Assembly (NCBI GenBank): GCA_034520885.1
Contig: JAXHNE010000008.1
Span: 100 to 64,099 of the forward strand
Length of the DNA: 64,000 nt
Source: Candidatus Saccharimonadota bacterium
Lineage (GTDB): Bacteria > Patescibacteriota > Saccharimonadia > Saccharimonadales > JAXHNE01
Direction: 5' to 3'
The notes beneath the pieces were generated by a model. The model saw only the letters and a program-made list of their open reading frames with translations, searched no databases and had not been told where the DNA came from. Position numbers and translations under genes: made by a program. Positions 62,866-64,000 of this stretch are shown piece by piece (the first letter of the stretch is position 1; each line of letters begins with the position of its first letter).

Positions 62866-63722
62866 TTTTTTGCCATCCCCTTTTGCTTATTAGCCAACCC
62901 AATACTAAATAAAGGCTGCTTGAAGCTGAAGCCTCCGTGCGAGTTCTTCCATTCTTTCTGTATTAGAGATATAGTCAAAATTTTTTCTCTGGGCTTCACC
63001 CCAAGTGTATGCAATGCAGTAAGACGTAAATTTTGTAAAAGAGTTATAACAAACGCACAGTCACCGAACAGTCTTTGTATCTTAAAGCTAACGGTTCTCT
63101 TATAAACTGCGGGAGCTCCCTCCAGCGTAGGATCATTGGCATTTTTTAGCGGCTCTTTCGAGAAGTATGTAATCTGACAGTCGGCTTCTACTAGTAGTTG
63201 GTTCTCGTTATTTTTATCTACAAGCGATACATAATTCTTACCGTGCTTTGCGCTAACACGACATCCGTGTTTGTAGGCATTCAGCAGTTGATAATTATCT
63301 AGGTAATCTTTAGCAACCGCACAAATTAAACTCGTGTATTCTTCATAGCGCTTTTTATAGTCCGGTGATTCTTTTTGAATAGCAAATATGTAGTTTGTCA
63401 AAAACCAACTAGAAAATCTAGTCGTTTTGAGAAAGTTGTCTCTTATAAATTTTTGGAGATTCTTTGAGTCAATAAATAGTGCGCTCGGGAATCTATTAGT
63501 TTTTAATGATAGTGCATAGGCATTAATGAACAACACCTCAAGTATTTGAAGGTAAATAGAATAAAGTTCAAACACAATTCTACTTTGTTTCTTTGGATCT
63601 TTTAGCCTTTCAAATTTATTATGCAGTCCATTTACTTTTTTGAACCAATAATCAATGTCCATGTTGTTATAGTGGTCTAGTTTGAACTTGTGGAGCTCCT
63701 TATCCAGAATTTGCTGGCTCAT
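62862..63722 (-). CDS. Hypothetical 286-aa protein inserted at the 5' end of hsdS; contains an R-x4-H (HEPN-like) motif
   Basis: Starts MSQQILDKELHKF. The motif context is LLNAYKHGCRVSAKHG. There are ATGA overlaps at both ends. Confidence 0.6.
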   Translation of the reverse strand: MSQQILDKELHKFKLDHYNNMDIDYWFKKVNGLHNKFERLKDPKKQSRIVFELYSIYLQILEVLFINAYALSLKTNRFPSALFIDSKNLQKFIRDNFLKTTRFSSWFLTNYIFAIQKESPDYKKRYEEYTSLICAVAKDYLDNYQLLNAYKHGCRVSAKHGKNYVSLVDKNNENQLLVEADCQITYFSKEPLKNANDPTLEGAPAVYKRTVSFKIQRLFGDCAFVITLLQNLRLTALHTLGVKPREKILTISLIQKEWKNSHGGFSFKQPLFSIGLANKQKGMAKK

Positions 63723-63793
63723 ATTCTGCCCCACTCGCCACCAAACCCCGGAAACCTCAGTTTTGGCGTATTTGTCGGTCTACTACTGTTCAT
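63719..63793 (-). pseudogene. 24-codon hsdS 5' stub
   Basis: MNSSRPTNTPKLRFPGFGGEWGRI* parallels the hsdS N-terminus MTADTKTRKVPKLRFPGFNGEWEE. The DNA core AAACCCCGGAAACCTCAGTTTTGGC is identical at 62813-62837 and 63743-63767. Confidence 0.6.
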
Positions 63794-64000
63794 TTCTTTA
63801 ACGCCTCGTAAATCTCCGTAGCAGCAACTGTAATAAACATAGCGAGTGGCACAAAAACAAAAACAATTGTTGGTATCCACCAATGTATATAGTTAAAATT
63901 AAGCTTTACTGAATCAATAACTCCAACTACGTTTAGCAATCCAAATCCTACTGATAGGAAAGCTATCATGAGCAAGTACCAAACTAGACAGAGTGAGTTG
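63790..64000 (-). CDS. Small/partial membrane protein (reading frame open to window edge)
   Basis: Two hydrophobic helices. The stop overlaps the stub ATG (ATGA). There is no in-frame stop between 63975 and the window end. Confidence 0.4.
   Translation of the reverse strand, partial: NSLCLVWYLLMIAFLSVGFGLLNVVGVIDSVKLNFNYIHWWIPTIVFVFVPLAMFITVAATEIYEALKK

Overview
The window reads like a chromosome segment from a reduced-genome, Gram-positive-type bacterium. A CPR/Saccharibacteria-like origin is inferred from gene content only.

- **1-9.95 kb (+ strand):** a GH1 fragment, a small anchored protein, then a streamlined division/cell-wall cluster (mraZ-rsmH-ftsL-ftsI-mraY-ftsW-murG-ftsQ).
- **9.95-11.1 kb:** a gene-free convergence zone.
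- **11.1-33.7 kb (mostly - strand):** a sigma-region-4/HARE-HTH protein, topA, dprA, pth, der and a pseudouridine synthase. Also two REC/histidine-kinase pairs (one REC fused to a ~480-aa P/Q/T/S-rich tail), tRNA-Glu, a WhiB-like gene, umuD'-like/umuC, DUF3048 and gltX.
- **33.8-49.6 kb:** a PEGA protein, sortase, tRNA-Leu, HAD, proline iminopeptidase, NUDIX and xth. Then a 651-bp tandem duplication across the xth/pyrH divergent promoter, pyrH, a tRNA-Ser locus with a nested GIY-YIG ORF, a MacB-type ABC pair, a LysM-CHAP hydrolase and a cupredoxin.
- **49.7-64 kb (accessory):** a PD-(D/E)xK-like gene and an RHH-Doc toxin-antitoxin pair. An AbrB/SpoVT-like gene appears split by a ~5.1-kb block that carries a graspetide pair (precursor + MdnC-like ATP-grasp), an ART-fold-like ORF and an intact AbrB paralog. 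Next come a DUF218 gene flanked by direct repeats and an AT-rich type I R-M locus. That locus has hsdS and an inactivated hsdR (hsdM is not in the window) plus four extra translationally coupled ORFs.

Two non-genic signals recur: a 24-bp double palindrome at four loci, and G-poor heptad-periodic intergenic tracts at five loci. No CRISPR array, rRNA, transposase or integrase was recognised. Small-motif coordinates were hand-counted and may be off by a few nt. All homology statements are by-eye motif recognition, not searches.
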